From Flavobacterium sp. (lineage in GTDB: Bacteria; Bacteroidota; Bacteroidia; Flavobacteriales; Flavobacteriaceae), in assembly GCA_026390995.1 (NCBI GenBank), contig JAPLEX010000046.1, positions 13,829-77,828 on the forward strand: DNA of 64,000 nt, written 5' to 3'. This document shows, one piece after another, positions 1-10,242 of this stretch (positions within the stretch are counted from its first letter, which is position 1; each line of letters opens with the position of its first letter). The position numbers and the translations under genes were made by a program. Under the pieces are notes generated by a model, which worked only from the letters and a program-made list of their open reading frames with translations, did not search any database and had not been told where the DNA came from.

Positions 1-18
1 TGTTCTAAATGTAAAAAA

Positions 19-47
19 AAATACCTTATTTTAACAATAAGGCATTT
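19..47 (-). terminator. Rho-independent terminator downstream of ychF
   Basis: Inverted repeat AAATACCTTATT-ttaac-AATAAGGCATTT preceded by an A-run at 13-21 (U-tail on the minus strand). Confidence 0.6.
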
Positions 48-77
48 ATTATGAGAAAGATATTTATAAATCTTTAC

Positions 78-1172
78 TTATACATTAAAACGAAAGTGCA
101 TTACATCGCCATCTTTTACAATGTATTCTTTGCCTTCTACCCGTAATTTTCCGGCTTCTTTTACTTTGGCTTCCGATCCAAAACTCGAGAAATCTTCGTA
201 GGCAATTACTTCGGCACGGATAAATCCTTTCTCAAAATCGGTATGAATTACGCCCGCTGCTTTGGGTGCGGTATCGCCAATATTGATGGTCCACGCACGA
301 ACTTCTTTTACACCCGCGGTAAAATAGGTTTGCAGTTGCAATAATTTATAAGCTGCACGAATTAAAACGGCCGATCCAGGCTCTGACAGACCCATATCCT
401 CCAGGAATACTTGGCGTTCTTCATAACTTTCTAATTCGGTAATATCAGCTTCAGCCCCTACCGATAAAACAATAACTTGGGCGTCTTCGTCTTTTACCAA
501 TTCACGCACTTGGTCTACATAGGCATTTCCGTTTACGGCTGAAGCTTCGTCAACATTGCATACATACAACACAGGTTTTGAAGTGATCAACTGAAAATCA
601 GCCAGTAACTCTTCTTCGTCGTTGTTTTGTGGAGCAACTGTTCTCGCCGATTTGGCTTGCAACAAGGATTCGCGAATGCGGTCTAAAAAGGCTTTTTCAA
701 CCTGGGCTTCTTTGTTGCCCGTTTTGGCCGCACGATTCACCTTTTCTAGGCGTTTTTCTACAGTTTCTAAATCCTTTAATTGCAATTCGATATCGATCGT
801 TTCTTTGTCGCGAATGGGATTTACATTGCCGTCTACGTGTACAATGTTGTCGTTATCAAAGCAACGCAACACATGAATAATGGCGTTACATTCTCTAATA
901 TTTCCTAAAAATTGATTTCCCAACCCCTCGCCTTTGCTGGCTCCTTTCACCAATCCGGCAATGTCTACAATATCAACGGTAGCCATTTGCACGCGTTCGG
1001 GCTTTACCAATTCTTCTAAGCGCACGATGCGCGCATCGGGTACGTTCACTACGCCTATATTGGGTTCGATGGTGCAAAACGGGAAATTGGCACTTTGCGC
1101 TTTGGCATTCGACAAACAATTAAATAAAGTTGACTTTCCTACATTGGGTAATCCTACAATTCCTGCTTTCAT
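78..1172 (-). CDS. ychF: Redox-regulated ATPase YchF (Obg family)
   Basis: GIVGLPNVGKST P-loop, NFPFCTIEPN, DIAGLVKGAS, GVIHTDFEKGFIRAEV; 364 aa. Confidence 0.97.
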   Translation of the reverse strand: MKAGIVGLPNVGKSTLFNCLSNAKAQSANFPFCTIEPNIGVVNVPDARIVRLEELVKPERVQMATVDIVDIAGLVKGASKGEGLGNQFLGNIRECNAIIHVLRCFDNDNIVHVDGNVNPIRDKETIDIELQLKDLETVEKRLEKVNRAAKTGNKEAQVEKAFLDRIRESLLQAKSARTVAPQNNDEEELLADFQLITSKPVLYVCNVDEASAVNGNAYVDQVRELVKDEDAQVIVLSVGAEADITELESYEERQVFLEDMGLSEPGSAVLIRAAYKLLQLQTYFTAGVKEVRAWTINIGDTAPKAAGVIHTDFEKGFIRAEVIAYEDFSSFGSEAKVKEAGKLRVEGKEYIVKDGDVMHFRFNV

Positions 1173-1191
1173 CGCTATAAATTAGGGTTCT

Positions 1192-1542
1192 TTAGTTGTT
1201 GTGTAAAAACGATTGTCGGTTTAACAAGGTTTCTTCGCTTTCTACGTGGTTTTCATCGGGTATGCAACAATCAACCGGGCAAACGGCTGCGCATTGGGGC
1301 TCGTCGTGAAACCCTTTGCATTCAGTGCATTTACCAGGTACGATGTAATAGATATCGTCTGACACTGGAGTTTGAGCGGCATCGGCATCGATTTCTTCTC
1401 CCGAGGGTAAAACCAATTTTCCTTTCAGTTTAGTGCCGTCTTTATAACGCCAATCATCGGCGCCTTCGTATATTGCGTTATTGGGACATTCGGGCTCACA
1501 GGCCCCGCAATTAATGCATTCATCGGTAATTATAATCGCCAT
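1192..1542 (-). CDS. 2[4Fe-4S] dicluster ferredoxin (YfhL-like)
   Basis: [12 protein letters not shown] and [18 protein letters not shown] cluster motifs. Confidence 0.92.
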   Translation of the reverse strand: MAIIITDECINCGACEPECPNNAIYEGADDWRYKDGTKLKGKLVLPSGEEIDADAAQTPVSDDIYYIVPGKCTECKGFHDEPQCAAVCPVDCCIPDENHVESEETLLNRQSFLHNN

Positions 1543-1621
1543 ACTTTTGTATTTAATGGGTAGAATAAGCAGAAAAATAATTTATCCGAACCTCTCCTAA
1601 TATTCCTACTCGTTAATAACT

Positions 1622-1639
1622 TAATTTTGCGCAAAAATA
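1622..1639. promoter_or_regulatory. Face-to-face Bacteroidota -7 promoter boxes for the acyl-CoA reductase (+) and ferredoxin (-)
   Basis: TAATTTTG-cg-CAAAAATA gives TAnnTTTG on each strand. Confidence 0.6.
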
Positions 1640-1669
1640 CATTCAAAACAATTCATATACAACAAAGAA

Positions 1670-2728
1670 ATGGCAGCAAAAGATACAATTCGCGCTTTTG
1701 TAGAAATAGGTAAATTTTTGAGTCAATTTTGCAGTGATCCCGTTCAAAAAAACGAAGCGGTTTTGCATAACGATTTGCATTTTGAGGCCTTTGAGGCGCT
1801 CATTCTATTGTCGCAATCCCACAACGGTTGGTTTACGCCAGCACAAGTCCGATTTGCCTTGGGTTCTTGGGCCGATGCGTTGACAACAGAAAATTTGGAA
1901 CAATGGCTTTCCAACTACCAAACACCGGTTGATAAGCCTAAAACGATTGGGTTGGTATTGGCAGGAAACATTCCTTTGGTGGGGTTTCATGATTTGCTTT
2001 CGGTATTGCTTGCCGGACATAAGGCCTTGATAAAAACATCGAGCAACGATCAAAAATTATTGCCTTTTTTGGTTAATTATTTGCAACAAGTTGATCCGAG
2101 TTTGGGCAATCGAATTGTATTTGCCGAGGGAAAATTAGAAAATTTTGATGCCGTAATTGCTACAGGCAGCAACAATACAGCGCGGTATTTTGAGTATTAC
2201 TTTAAGGACAAACCGGCTATTATTCGCAAAAATAGAAACTCAGTTGCCGTATTGAGCGGTCAAGAAACGACTCAAGAGTTGGTTGCTTTAGGCGAAGACA
2301 TCTTCCGCTATTTTGGGTTGGGCTGCCGCAATGTATCCAAGCTATTTGTGCCACAAGGCTATGATTTTACTACTTTTTTTGAAGCAATTTTTGCCTACCA
2401 AGATGTGATTCACTACGAAAAATACGCCAACAATTATGACTACAACAAGGCCGTTTTTTTGATGAGCAATTTCAAACTATTGGACAACGGTTTTTTAACG
2501 ATCAAAGAAGATCCTAGCTATGCCTCGCCCATCTCAAGCGTATTTTATGAATATTACGATGCTATTGACAACTTGCAAAGTCGCTTGTCAGCAGACGATG
2601 ACCAATTGCAATGTATTGTTTCGACTTCAAAAATTAAAGACAGTATTCCTTTTGGCAGCACACAAAAACCAGCGCTATGGGACTATGCAGATCGCTTAGA
2701 CACCCTTGAGTTTTTACTCACGATTTAA
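1670..2728 (+). CDS. LuxC-like acyl-CoA reductase (aldehyde dehydrogenase fold)
   Basis: LAGNIPLVGFHD, VIATGSNN, YFGLGCRNV (catalytic Cys). Confidence 0.85.
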   Translation: MAAKDTIRAFVEIGKFLSQFCSDPVQKNEAVLHNDLHFEAFEALILLSQSHNGWFTPAQVRFALGSWADALTTENLEQWLSNYQTPVDKPKTIGLVLAGNIPLVGFHDLLSVLLAGHKALIKTSSNDQKLLPFLVNYLQQVDPSLGNRIVFAEGKLENFDAVIATGSNNTARYFEYYFKDKPAIIRKNRNSVAVLSGQETTQELVALGEDIFRYFGLGCRNVSKLFVPQGYDFTTFFEAIFAYQDVIHYEKYANNYDYNKAVFLMSNFKLLDNGFLTIKEDPSYASPISSVFYEYYDAIDNLQSRLSADDDQLQCIVSTSKIKDSIPFGSTQKPALWDYADRLDTLEFLLTI

Positions 2729-2864
2729 TGATTTCATTGCATAGTTTGCCTGATAAATCGTTTTTGTTGATAACATCAAGCGAATTCTAATAAATAAACT
2801 AGAAAATTCACTCCCTATTTGCGAAATTTGCTGCTTGATTTTTTTGATCACGAAATTTACCTTT

Positions 2865-3938
2865 ATGAAAAAACATAATTTTAGTGCCGGACCGTGCATT
2901 TTACCTCAAGAAGTTTTTGAAAAATCGGCAGCGGCCATTTTAGATTTTAATCAATCGGGCTTGTCAATTTTAGAAATTTCGCACCGCAGCAAAGATTTCA
3001 TTGCCGTGATGGATGAAGCGCGTGCCTTGGCATTAGAATTACTAGGATTAACCGGAAAAGGCTACCAAGCCTTGTTTTTACAAGGCGGTGCCAGCATGGA
3101 ATTTTTGCGTATTCCCTATAACCTCTTGCCGCAAGATGGGCAAGCAGCCTACTTAGACACGGGAACTTGGGCCAACAATGCCATCAAAGAAGCCAAACTT
3201 TTTGGCGACACCGTTGTAGTAGGTTCTTCTAAAAATGACAATTACAACCACATTCCAACTGATTACACAATTCCTGCAAATGCAAGTTATTTTCACTGCA
3301 CCAGCAACAATACCATTTTTGGCACGCAGATCAAATCGTTTCCGCAAACCAATGTTCCTATGGTCTGTGACATGAGTTCGGATCTCTTTTCTAGAACCTT
3401 AGATTTCTCAAAATTTGATTTGATTTATGCCGGGGCACAGAAAAATATGGGTCCTGCAGGAACAACCTTAATTATCATCAAAGAATCCATTTTGAGCAAA
3501 TCAGGCCGTAGTCTGCCAAGCATGATGGATTATGAGAAACACCTCAAAGCCGACAGCATGTATAATACGCCTGCGGTATTGCCAGTTTACTCTTCCTTGC
3601 TCACCTTACAATGGTTGAAAAATCAAGGCGGAATCGCAGTGATTGAAGAACAAAATGAAGCCAAAGCGCAACTTTTATACAATGAAATTGACCGCAACCC
3701 TTTATTTGTAGGGACAGCCAACAAAGCCGATCGTTCAAACATGAATGCCACCTTTTTGTTGAACGATCCCGCACACCAAGAAGCCTTTGATGCCTTGTGG
3801 AAAGCTGCCGGTATTTCTGGATTACCAGGACACCGTTCGGTAGGCGGATACCGGGCCTCCATGTACAATGCTTTGCCGCTATCGAGTGTGCAAGTGCTGG
3901 TAGATGCGATGCAAGAATTAGAAAGACAAGTTCAATAA
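2865..3938 (+). CDS. serC: Phosphoserine aminotransferase
   Basis: HNFSAGP, EISHRS, YAGAQKNMGPAG (PLP lysine), GHRSVGGYRAS; start placed at ATG 2865. Confidence 0.96.
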   Translation: MKKHNFSAGPCILPQEVFEKSAAAILDFNQSGLSILEISHRSKDFIAVMDEARALALELLGLTGKGYQALFLQGGASMEFLRIPYNLLPQDGQAAYLDTGTWANNAIKEAKLFGDTVVVGSSKNDNYNHIPTDYTIPANASYFHCTSNNTIFGTQIKSFPQTNVPMVCDMSSDLFSRTLDFSKFDLIYAGAQKNMGPAGTTLIIIKESILSKSGRSLPSMMDYEKHLKADSMYNTPAVLPVYSSLLTLQWLKNQGGIAVIEEQNEAKAQLLYNEIDRNPLFVGTANKADRSNMNATFLLNDPAHQEAFDALWKAAGISGLPGHRSVGGYRASMYNALPLSSVQVLVDAMQELERQVQ

Positions 3939-3963
3939 TAGTACCCTCAAAATAAACAAACCT

Positions 3964-4917
3964 ATGAAAGTCTTAGCCAATGACGGAATTTCAACCAGTG
4001 GAATTCTTGCCTTAGAAAAAGGAGGATTTGAAGTGATCACTACCAAAGTGGCCCAAGAGCAAGTCGCCAATTACATCAACACACACCAAATTCCGGTCGT
4101 GTTGGTGCGTTCGGCAACCAAAATCAGAAAAGACATTATTGATGCCTGTCCGGGATTAAAAATAATTGGCCGCGGCGGTGTAGGCATGGACAACATTGAT
4201 GTAGACTATGCAAGATCAAAAGGCATACACGTAATCAACACACCTGCTTCCTCATCAGAAAGTGTCGCCGAATTGGTTTTTGCGCACCTGTTTTCAGGGG
4301 TACGATTTCTGCACGATTCCAACCGAAATATGCCTTTAGAAGGGGATCAAAACTTTGATGGCTTGAAAAAGGCCTACGCCAACGGCATCGAATTGCGAGG
4401 CAAAACCATAGGAATTATCGGCTTTGGTCGAATCGGACAAGCGACCGCCAAAATGGCTCTAGGATTGGGGATGCGCGTCATTGCAACCGACGGATTTGTT
4501 CCCAAAGCAACCATAAGTGTAGATTTTTACAACGGACAACAACTGGCTTTCGAAATTGAAACCATCGAAAAAGAAAACTTGTTGCAACAAGCTGATTTTA
4601 TTTCTTTACACGTTCCGGCGCAAAAAGATTATGTAATTGGCAACCCTGAATTTGAGCTCATGAAAGAATGCGTAGGAATAATCAATTGTTCGCGCGGCGG
4701 TATCATTGATGAAGTGGCCTTGATTGCGGCCTTAGACAGCGGGAAAGTATTGTTTGCAGGCTTGGATGTGTTTGAAAACGAACCCACACCCGAAATTCAA
4801 TTGTTGATGCACCCCAAAATCTCCATGACCCCACATATTGGGGCCGCGACACTTGAAGCCCAAGATCGTATTGGCACCGAATTGGCTCAACAAATCAAAG
4901 AGTTGATGGGTAACTAA
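3964..4917 (+). CDS. serA: D-3-phosphoglycerate dehydrogenase
   Basis: GRGGVGMDNID, GIIGFGRIG, SLHVP, NCSRGG, PHIGAAT; follows serC. Confidence 0.88.
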   Translation: MKVLANDGISTSGILALEKGGFEVITTKVAQEQVANYINTHQIPVVLVRSATKIRKDIIDACPGLKIIGRGGVGMDNIDVDYARSKGIHVINTPASSSESVAELVFAHLFSGVRFLHDSNRNMPLEGDQNFDGLKKAYANGIELRGKTIGIIGFGRIGQATAKMALGLGMRVIATDGFVPKATISVDFYNGQQLAFEIETIEKENLLQQADFISLHVPAQKDYVIGNPEFELMKECVGIINCSRGGIIDEVALIAALDSGKVLFAGLDVFENEPTPEIQLLMHPKISMTPHIGAATLEAQDRIGTELAQQIKELMGN

Positions 4918-4937
4918 TCCATTTCATACTACCGATT

Positions 4938-4965
4938 AAGCCAACAAAATTTGTTGGCTTTTTTT
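4938..4965 (+). terminator. Rho-independent terminator after serA
   Basis: AAGCCAACAA-aat-TTGTTGGCTT followed by a T-run. Confidence 0.8.
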
Positions 4966-5024
4966 ATGCAAATGAACCCCACTGAAAAGGCATATTCGCT
5001 ATATTTGTGTTGAATTTTCAAGCC

Positions 5025-5336
5025 ATGAAAAAACTTAAAGCCCGTTGGAATGTGCATTCCAATTTTCAACTCTTCGTTATCTTTGTTGTGTTTGCCCTCA
5101 CCGGCTCGGCATCTGCTTGGCTTTCTAGACCCTTGTGTGAAGTGTTGGGCATCTCAAAAGATTTGTTGTCCCATTGGTATACACCGGTGCGTTTACTGCT
5201 TATTTTTCCTCTATACCACGTTTTATTGGTAGCCAATGGGTTTATCTTTGGTCAATTCACCTTCTTTTGGAACTTTGAAAAGAAACTTTTGCGCAGCCTA
5301 AAACTGGGATTTTTACTGCCCAAAGAACCCCAATAA
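5025..5336 (+). CDS. Small membrane protein (DUF6787-like)
   Basis: KLKARW...IFVVFALTGS...FGQFTFFWNFEKK; TATATTTG box at 5000-5007 favours ATG 5025. Confidence 0.7.
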   Translation: MKKLKARWNVHSNFQLFVIFVVFALTGSASAWLSRPLCEVLGISKDLLSHWYTPVRLLLIFPLYHVLLVANGFIFGQFTFFWNFEKKLLRSLKLGFLLPKEPQ

Positions 5337-5387
5337 GTTCGAGGAATGTAAGTAAAAAGTTTGTTTCTTTGTGCAAATAGTAAATTC

Positions 5388-6050
5388 ATGATTCAAGCCC
5401 AAAATATCCATAAATATTACGACCAACTTCACGTATTAAAGGGAGTAGATCTTCATATTCAAAAAGGCGAAATTGTTTCTATCGTTGGGGCCTCTGGCGC
5501 AGGAAAAACGACGCTATTACACCTGTTGGGCACCTTAGACAAGCCCGATGTTTCGTCAGAAACCGAGTTGCTCATTAACGGGGAAAACGTATTACAACTT
5601 TCTGATAAAAAATTGGCAGTGTTTCGCAACCAACAACTGGGCTTTATCTTTCAATTTCATCAATTATTGCCTGAGTTTTCGGCACTCGAAAATGTTTGTA
5701 TTCCCGCCTATATTGGTGGTAAAAAACAAAAAGAAACCGAAACCGAAGCCAAGCGATTGCTCGACTATTTGGGTCTTTCGCATCGCATGAATCACAAACC
5801 CAGCGAACTATCGGGGGGCGAACAACAACGCGTAGCGGTAGCGAGAGCCTTAATTAATAAACCGGCCATTATTTTTGCCGATGAACCTTCTGGAAATTTA
5901 GATACTGCCTCGGCCGAAAACCTACACCAATTGTTTTTTCAATTGCGCGCCGATTTTGGACAAACCTTTGTAATTGTAACGCACAACGAAGACTTAGCCA
6001 ACATGGCCGATCGTAAATTGGTAATGGTGGATGGGAAAATAAGTCACTAA
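5388..6050 (+). CDS. lolD: ABC transporter ATP-binding protein, LolD-like
   Basis: [50 protein letters not shown]; start placed at ATG 5388. Confidence 0.8.
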   Translation: MIQAQNIHKYYDQLHVLKGVDLHIQKGEIVSIVGASGAGKTTLLHLLGTLDKPDVSSETELLINGENVLQLSDKKLAVFRNQQLGFIFQFHQLLPEFSALENVCIPAYIGGKKQKETETEAKRLLDYLGLSHRMNHKPSELSGGEQQRVAVARALINKPAIIFADEPSGNLDTASAENLHQLFFQLRADFGQTFVIVTHNEDLANMADRKLVMVDGKISH

Positions 6051-6814
6051 TGCACACCGCTGACCTCAAATCCTTCCTCGACGAAAAGACATACTACTAC
6101 AACCAGCCCGTATTTATCGAAACGGATCCGTTGCAAATTCCGCATCAATTTTCGGTGAAAGAAGACATCGAAATTGCGGGTTTATTGAGTGCAACCATTG
6201 CCTGGGGCAATAGAAAAATGATCATCCAAAACGCCCAACGGATGATGAATCTGATGGGCAATTCTCCCTATGACTTTGTGCTTTCTCACCAAGAAAAAGA
6301 CCTTAAACCCTTAGAGTCTTTTGTGCACCGCACCTTTAATGGGGTGGATTTCATTAGCTTCATCAAAGGATTGCAGCACATTTACCGCAACTGTGGTGGT
6401 CTCGAAGCCATTTTTGCCCAACATCAGCAGGACAATTACTTGCATCACAGCATTCATCACTTTAAACAACGACTTTTTGAAGTACCCCACGCGGTTCGCA
6501 GTCACAAACACGTAGCCGATCCCTTGGCAGGTTCAGCGGCCAAAAGACTGCATTTGTTTTTGCGTTGGATGGTGCGCAACGACCAAACAGGAGTTGATTT
6601 AGGAATATGGGAAAGCATCTCGCCTGCCTCACTTTCCTGCCCGCTGGATGTACATTCGGGCAAGGTGGCCCGAAAATTAGGACTCCTCACCCGTTCCCAA
6701 AATGATTTTAAAGCCGTGCAGGAATTGGACGAAAACCTGCGCAAATTAGACCCACTCGATCCCGTAAAATATGACTTTGCCCTCTTTGGCTTGGGCGTTT
6801 TTGAGGGGTTTTAG
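6050..6814 (+). CDS. TIGR02757 family protein (HhH-GPD-like, function unknown)
   Basis: DIEIAGLLSATIAWG, SAAKRLHLFLRWMVR, PLDVHSGKVAR, DPVKYDFALFGLG. Confidence 0.85.
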   Translation: MHTADLKSFLDEKTYYYNQPVFIETDPLQIPHQFSVKEDIEIAGLLSATIAWGNRKMIIQNAQRMMNLMGNSPYDFVLSHQEKDLKPLESFVHRTFNGVDFISFIKGLQHIYRNCGGLEAIFAQHQQDNYLHHSIHHFKQRLFEVPHAVRSHKHVADPLAGSAAKRLHLFLRWMVRNDQTGVDLGIWESISPASLSCPLDVHSGKVARKLGLLTRSQNDFKAVQELDENLRKLDPLDPVKYDFALFGLGVFEGF

Positions 6815-6876
6815 CAAATCGAAATAAGTGTAGCAATAACAAGAAGAATGGGTTACCTTTGCCCAAAAATTAGTAC

Positions 6877-8226
6877 ATGCACACCTTTGAGCAGTTTCAA
6901 TTACCCAAATCGGTACAAAAAGCATTAGACGAATTGGGGTATTCGACTCCCACTCCAATTCAAGAAAAATCATTTTCGGTGATTATGTCGGGCAGGGACA
7001 TGATGGGAATTGCCCAAACGGGAACCGGTAAAACTTTTGCCTATTTGTTGCCCTTACTCAAATTATATACGTTTACACCAACACATACCCCAAAAATTGT
7101 CATTCTAGTTCCCACCCGAGAATTGGTGGTGCAGGTGGTTGAAGAAGTAGAAAAACTCACCCAATACATGTCGGTACGCACCTTGGGAATTTATGGCGGC
7201 GTGAACATCAATACTCAAAAAACTGCAGTATATCAAGGCATTGACATATTGGTGGGAACCCCGGGAAGAACCATGGATTTGGCCTTAGACAATGTGATCC
7301 GCTTTGACGAAACTAGAAAATTGGTCATTGACGAATTTGACGAAATGCTCAACCTGGGATTTCGCACACAGCTTACGGCTATTTTGGCCATGATGCGCAT
7401 CAAACGTCAAAATATTTTGTTCTCGGCCACTATGACCGACGAAGTGGATGCCATCCTAAACGACTATTTTGATTTTCCCGAAGAAGTGAGTTTGGCTGCA
7501 TCAGGCACGCCACTTGAAAATATTGAACAATTGAGTTATGCGGTACCCAATTTTCACACAAAGATCAATTTGTTTAAACAGCTATTAGCTACCAATGATA
7601 CCACAACTCGGGTACTTTTGTTTGTCAACAACAAAAAAATTGCCGACATGCTCCACGAAAATATCGAGACCGATTTCCCCGATCAGTTTGGGGTTATTCA
7701 CTCGAACAAATCACAAAATTACCGCTTGAGTACGATGGCCAACTTTCAGCGAGGTGAGTTGAGAGGCATCATTACCACTGATATTATGGCGCGTGGTTTG
7801 GATATTTCAGACATTACCCACGTGATTAATTTTGAAATGCCAGAATTGCCAGAATTGTATATGCACCGCATCGGACGAACCGGTCGTGCTGATGCCAAAG
7901 GAACAGCCATTAGCTTGTTTACGCCACGCGAGGAAGAAATGAAATTTAGCATAGAAGTACTCATGGAACGTGAGATCGAGGTTTTGCAACTTCCTGAAAC
8001 GGTAGAAATTTCGACCAAATTGATTGGACCGGAAAAAGAAAAACAGGCGTTTAAATTTTTGCTCAAAAAAGCGAAATTAGCCGGTGATGGCGCCTTTCAT
8101 GCAAAAGTAAAAAAGAACACCAAAGTCAATTTGGGTGGGCCTTCTAAAACCAAAAAGAAAACGTCGGGTTCCGTAAATCGGAATCTGTTAAAAACCCAAG
8201 CACAAAAAAGACAAAAAAAGAAATAA
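6877..8226 (+). CDS. DEAD/DEAH-box RNA helicase
   Basis: Q motif, AQTGTGKT, PTREL, DEFD, SAT, ARGLD, HRIGRTGRA; TACCTTTG box at 6854-6861. Confidence 0.93.
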   Translation: MHTFEQFQLPKSVQKALDELGYSTPTPIQEKSFSVIMSGRDMMGIAQTGTGKTFAYLLPLLKLYTFTPTHTPKIVILVPTRELVVQVVEEVEKLTQYMSVRTLGIYGGVNINTQKTAVYQGIDILVGTPGRTMDLALDNVIRFDETRKLVIDEFDEMLNLGFRTQLTAILAMMRIKRQNILFSATMTDEVDAILNDYFDFPEEVSLAASGTPLENIEQLSYAVPNFHTKINLFKQLLATNDTTTRVLLFVNNKKIADMLHENIETDFPDQFGVIHSNKSQNYRLSTMANFQRGELRGIITTDIMARGLDISDITHVINFEMPELPELYMHRIGRTGRADAKGTAISLFTPREEEMKFSIEVLMEREIEVLQLPETVEISTKLIGPEKEKQAFKFLLKKAKLAGDGAFHAKVKKNTKVNLGGPSKTKKKTSGSVNRNLLKTQAQKRQKKK

Positions 8227-8313
8227 TTGAAAAATCATTCTCTTTATTTGCGCTGGATTAGTACTTTTGAAACGCACAATAAACCTGAAAAACAGCAGGT
8301 ATACCTATAAAAA

Positions 8314-10242
8314 ATGCAATTTAAACAGCCTGAAATTCTGTACTTTTTATTTGCCTTGGTTGTTCCAATTTTAGTGCATTTATTTCAGTTGCGACGCTTT
8401 AAAACGGCCTATTTCACAAATGTTCGTTTCCTCAAAGATATTAGCACCCAAACCCGTAAAAGCTCCATTATAAAAAAATGGCTGCTCTTGGCCACTCGTC
8501 TATTACTTTTGACCTGTATAATAATAGCCTTTGCCCAACCTTTTTTTCCTGCCCTCAATGCCAAGCAAAACCAAAATGAAACCTACATTATTTTGGACAA
8601 CTCCTACAGCATGCAAGCCAAAGGCAAAAAAGGAGAGCTGCTAAAAAGAAGTGTAGAGGAATTGTTGGTTCAGCTTCCCGAAAACCAAGTATTTTCGCTT
8701 ATTACGGCCAACGATGCCTTTTGGAATGTGACTACAAAATCCATTCGAAAAGAGCTGCAACGACTTACCTACAGTGCGATTCCGTTTGAAATTGACCGGG
8801 CATTGGCTCAAATAAACACCAAAACTTCGGCCCACAAAAAAAACATTTTGCTCATTACCGATGGGCTAAACCTGCAGAGCAAAGCATTAGAAAAAACGGC
8901 GAAAAACCATCAAGTTGTAGTCGTGGTTCCCAAAGCAGAGAGCAATAAAAATGTGGCCATAGATTCGGTAGTTGTTCTAGGCCAAAGCGGTGATTTTTAT
9001 GAAATTGAGGTGCGGATAAGTCAAGTGGGCGATCAGACAATTTCGGTTCCTGTCGCAATTTACAACGATAACAAAATAGTGGCAAAAACAATAGTTAACC
9101 TAACTACTGCCTCTAAAAATATTGTTTTTACTTTGCCCAAACAACCGTTTCATGGGTGTGTGCGCATTACAGACAAGGCGTTAGACTATGACAACAGCTT
9201 GTATTTCACTTTGTCTCAACCTAAATTTATCAAGGTAATGAGCATCGGTGCATTGGCGAAAAGTAATTTTTTGAGTCGCATATACACCCCAAATGAGTTT
9301 CAGTACCAAAACCAAGAATTGGCCAAATTGGATTACCATGAACTTGAAAATCAGGATGTACTTATAATCAACGAATTGCAACAACTACCCGAGGCCTTGC
9401 AAACCAGCCTAAAAGCCTTTACAAATCAAGGAGGAACACTCATAGTTATTCCGGCTGTTGAACCCAATTCGCAAGCTGCCTTCAATGCATTTATCAACCA
9501 ATTTGGGACGTTTCAATTGAGTCCATTTCAGCAAACTCCTCAACTGATCACACAAATTGCATTTTCGCATCCCCTTTACAAAGATGCTTTTGAAAAAAGC
9601 ATTCGTAATTTTGATTATCCTAAAGTAACTAACGGATATGACCTACAATCGGCCTACCCAAAGTTGCTGAGTTTTGCCAACCAACAACCCTTTTTAGTGG
9701 CTGTTCCAACTGCGAATGCTTCGGTTTATGTGTTTAGTGCAGGCTTAAATACCACAAATTCAAATTTTCAACAATCGCCGCTCATTGTACCAACCTTTTA
9801 TTCGATGGCTGCTTTGCATCAAAAAACAGCCCAAGCCTATTACACCATTGGCGAGGCCGACCAGGTATTGGTCGAGGCAGAATTGGGATCAGAAGAGTTG
9901 TTGACCATAAAAAATAAATCAACACAATTTATTCCAATTCAACAGCTACAAGGCCGAAAAATAAAATTAAATTGTGCCGACTACCCTGCACAGGCAGGGA
10001 ATTTTGAGATCTACAATCGCACAGAAAAAATAGAAAATATCAGCTTTAATTATACGCGAAGCGAGAGTGATGCTTCAGCTACTTCCTTGTCGCTCGCCCA
10101 ATTAGAACAAGCCGACTCCATTGAATCGGTGCTTGATTCATGGAAATCAAACGCAAACGAATCGGAATTAGCCAAATGGTTTGTACTTTTGGCCTTGTTA
10201 TTTGTGCTTCTTGAAGTGTTTATTCAAAAATTTGTATCATGA
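8314..10242 (+). CDS. BatA/vWA domain membrane protein
   Basis: N-terminal PILVHLF...TNVRFL double-TM BatA domain, LDNSYSM MIDAS-like motif, C-terminal TM. Confidence 0.85.
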   Translation: MQFKQPEILYFLFALVVPILVHLFQLRRFKTAYFTNVRFLKDISTQTRKSSIIKKWLLLATRLLLLTCIIIAFAQPFFPALNAKQNQNETYIILDNSYSMQAKGKKGELLKRSVEELLVQLPENQVFSLITANDAFWNVTTKSIRKELQRLTYSAIPFEIDRALAQINTKTSAHKKNILLITDGLNLQSKALEKTAKNHQVVVVVPKAESNKNVAIDSVVVLGQSGDFYEIEVRISQVGDQTISVPVAIYNDNKIVAKTIVNLTTASKNIVFTLPKQPFHGCVRITDKALDYDNSLYFTLSQPKFIKVMSIGALAKSNFLSRIYTPNEFQYQNQELAKLDYHELENQDVLIINELQQLPEALQTSLKAFTNQGGTLIVIPAVEPNSQAAFNAFINQFGTFQLSPFQQTPQLITQIAFSHPLYKDAFEKSIRNFDYPKVTNGYDLQSAYPKLLSFANQQPFLVAVPTANASVYVFSAGLNTTNSNFQQSPLIVPTFYSMAALHQKTAQAYYTIGEADQVLVEAELGSEELLTIKNKSTQFIPIQQLQGRKIKLNCADYPAQAGNFEIYNRTEKIENISFNYTRSESDASATSLSLAQLEQADSIESVLDSWKSNANESELAKWFVLLALLFVLLEVFIQKFVS

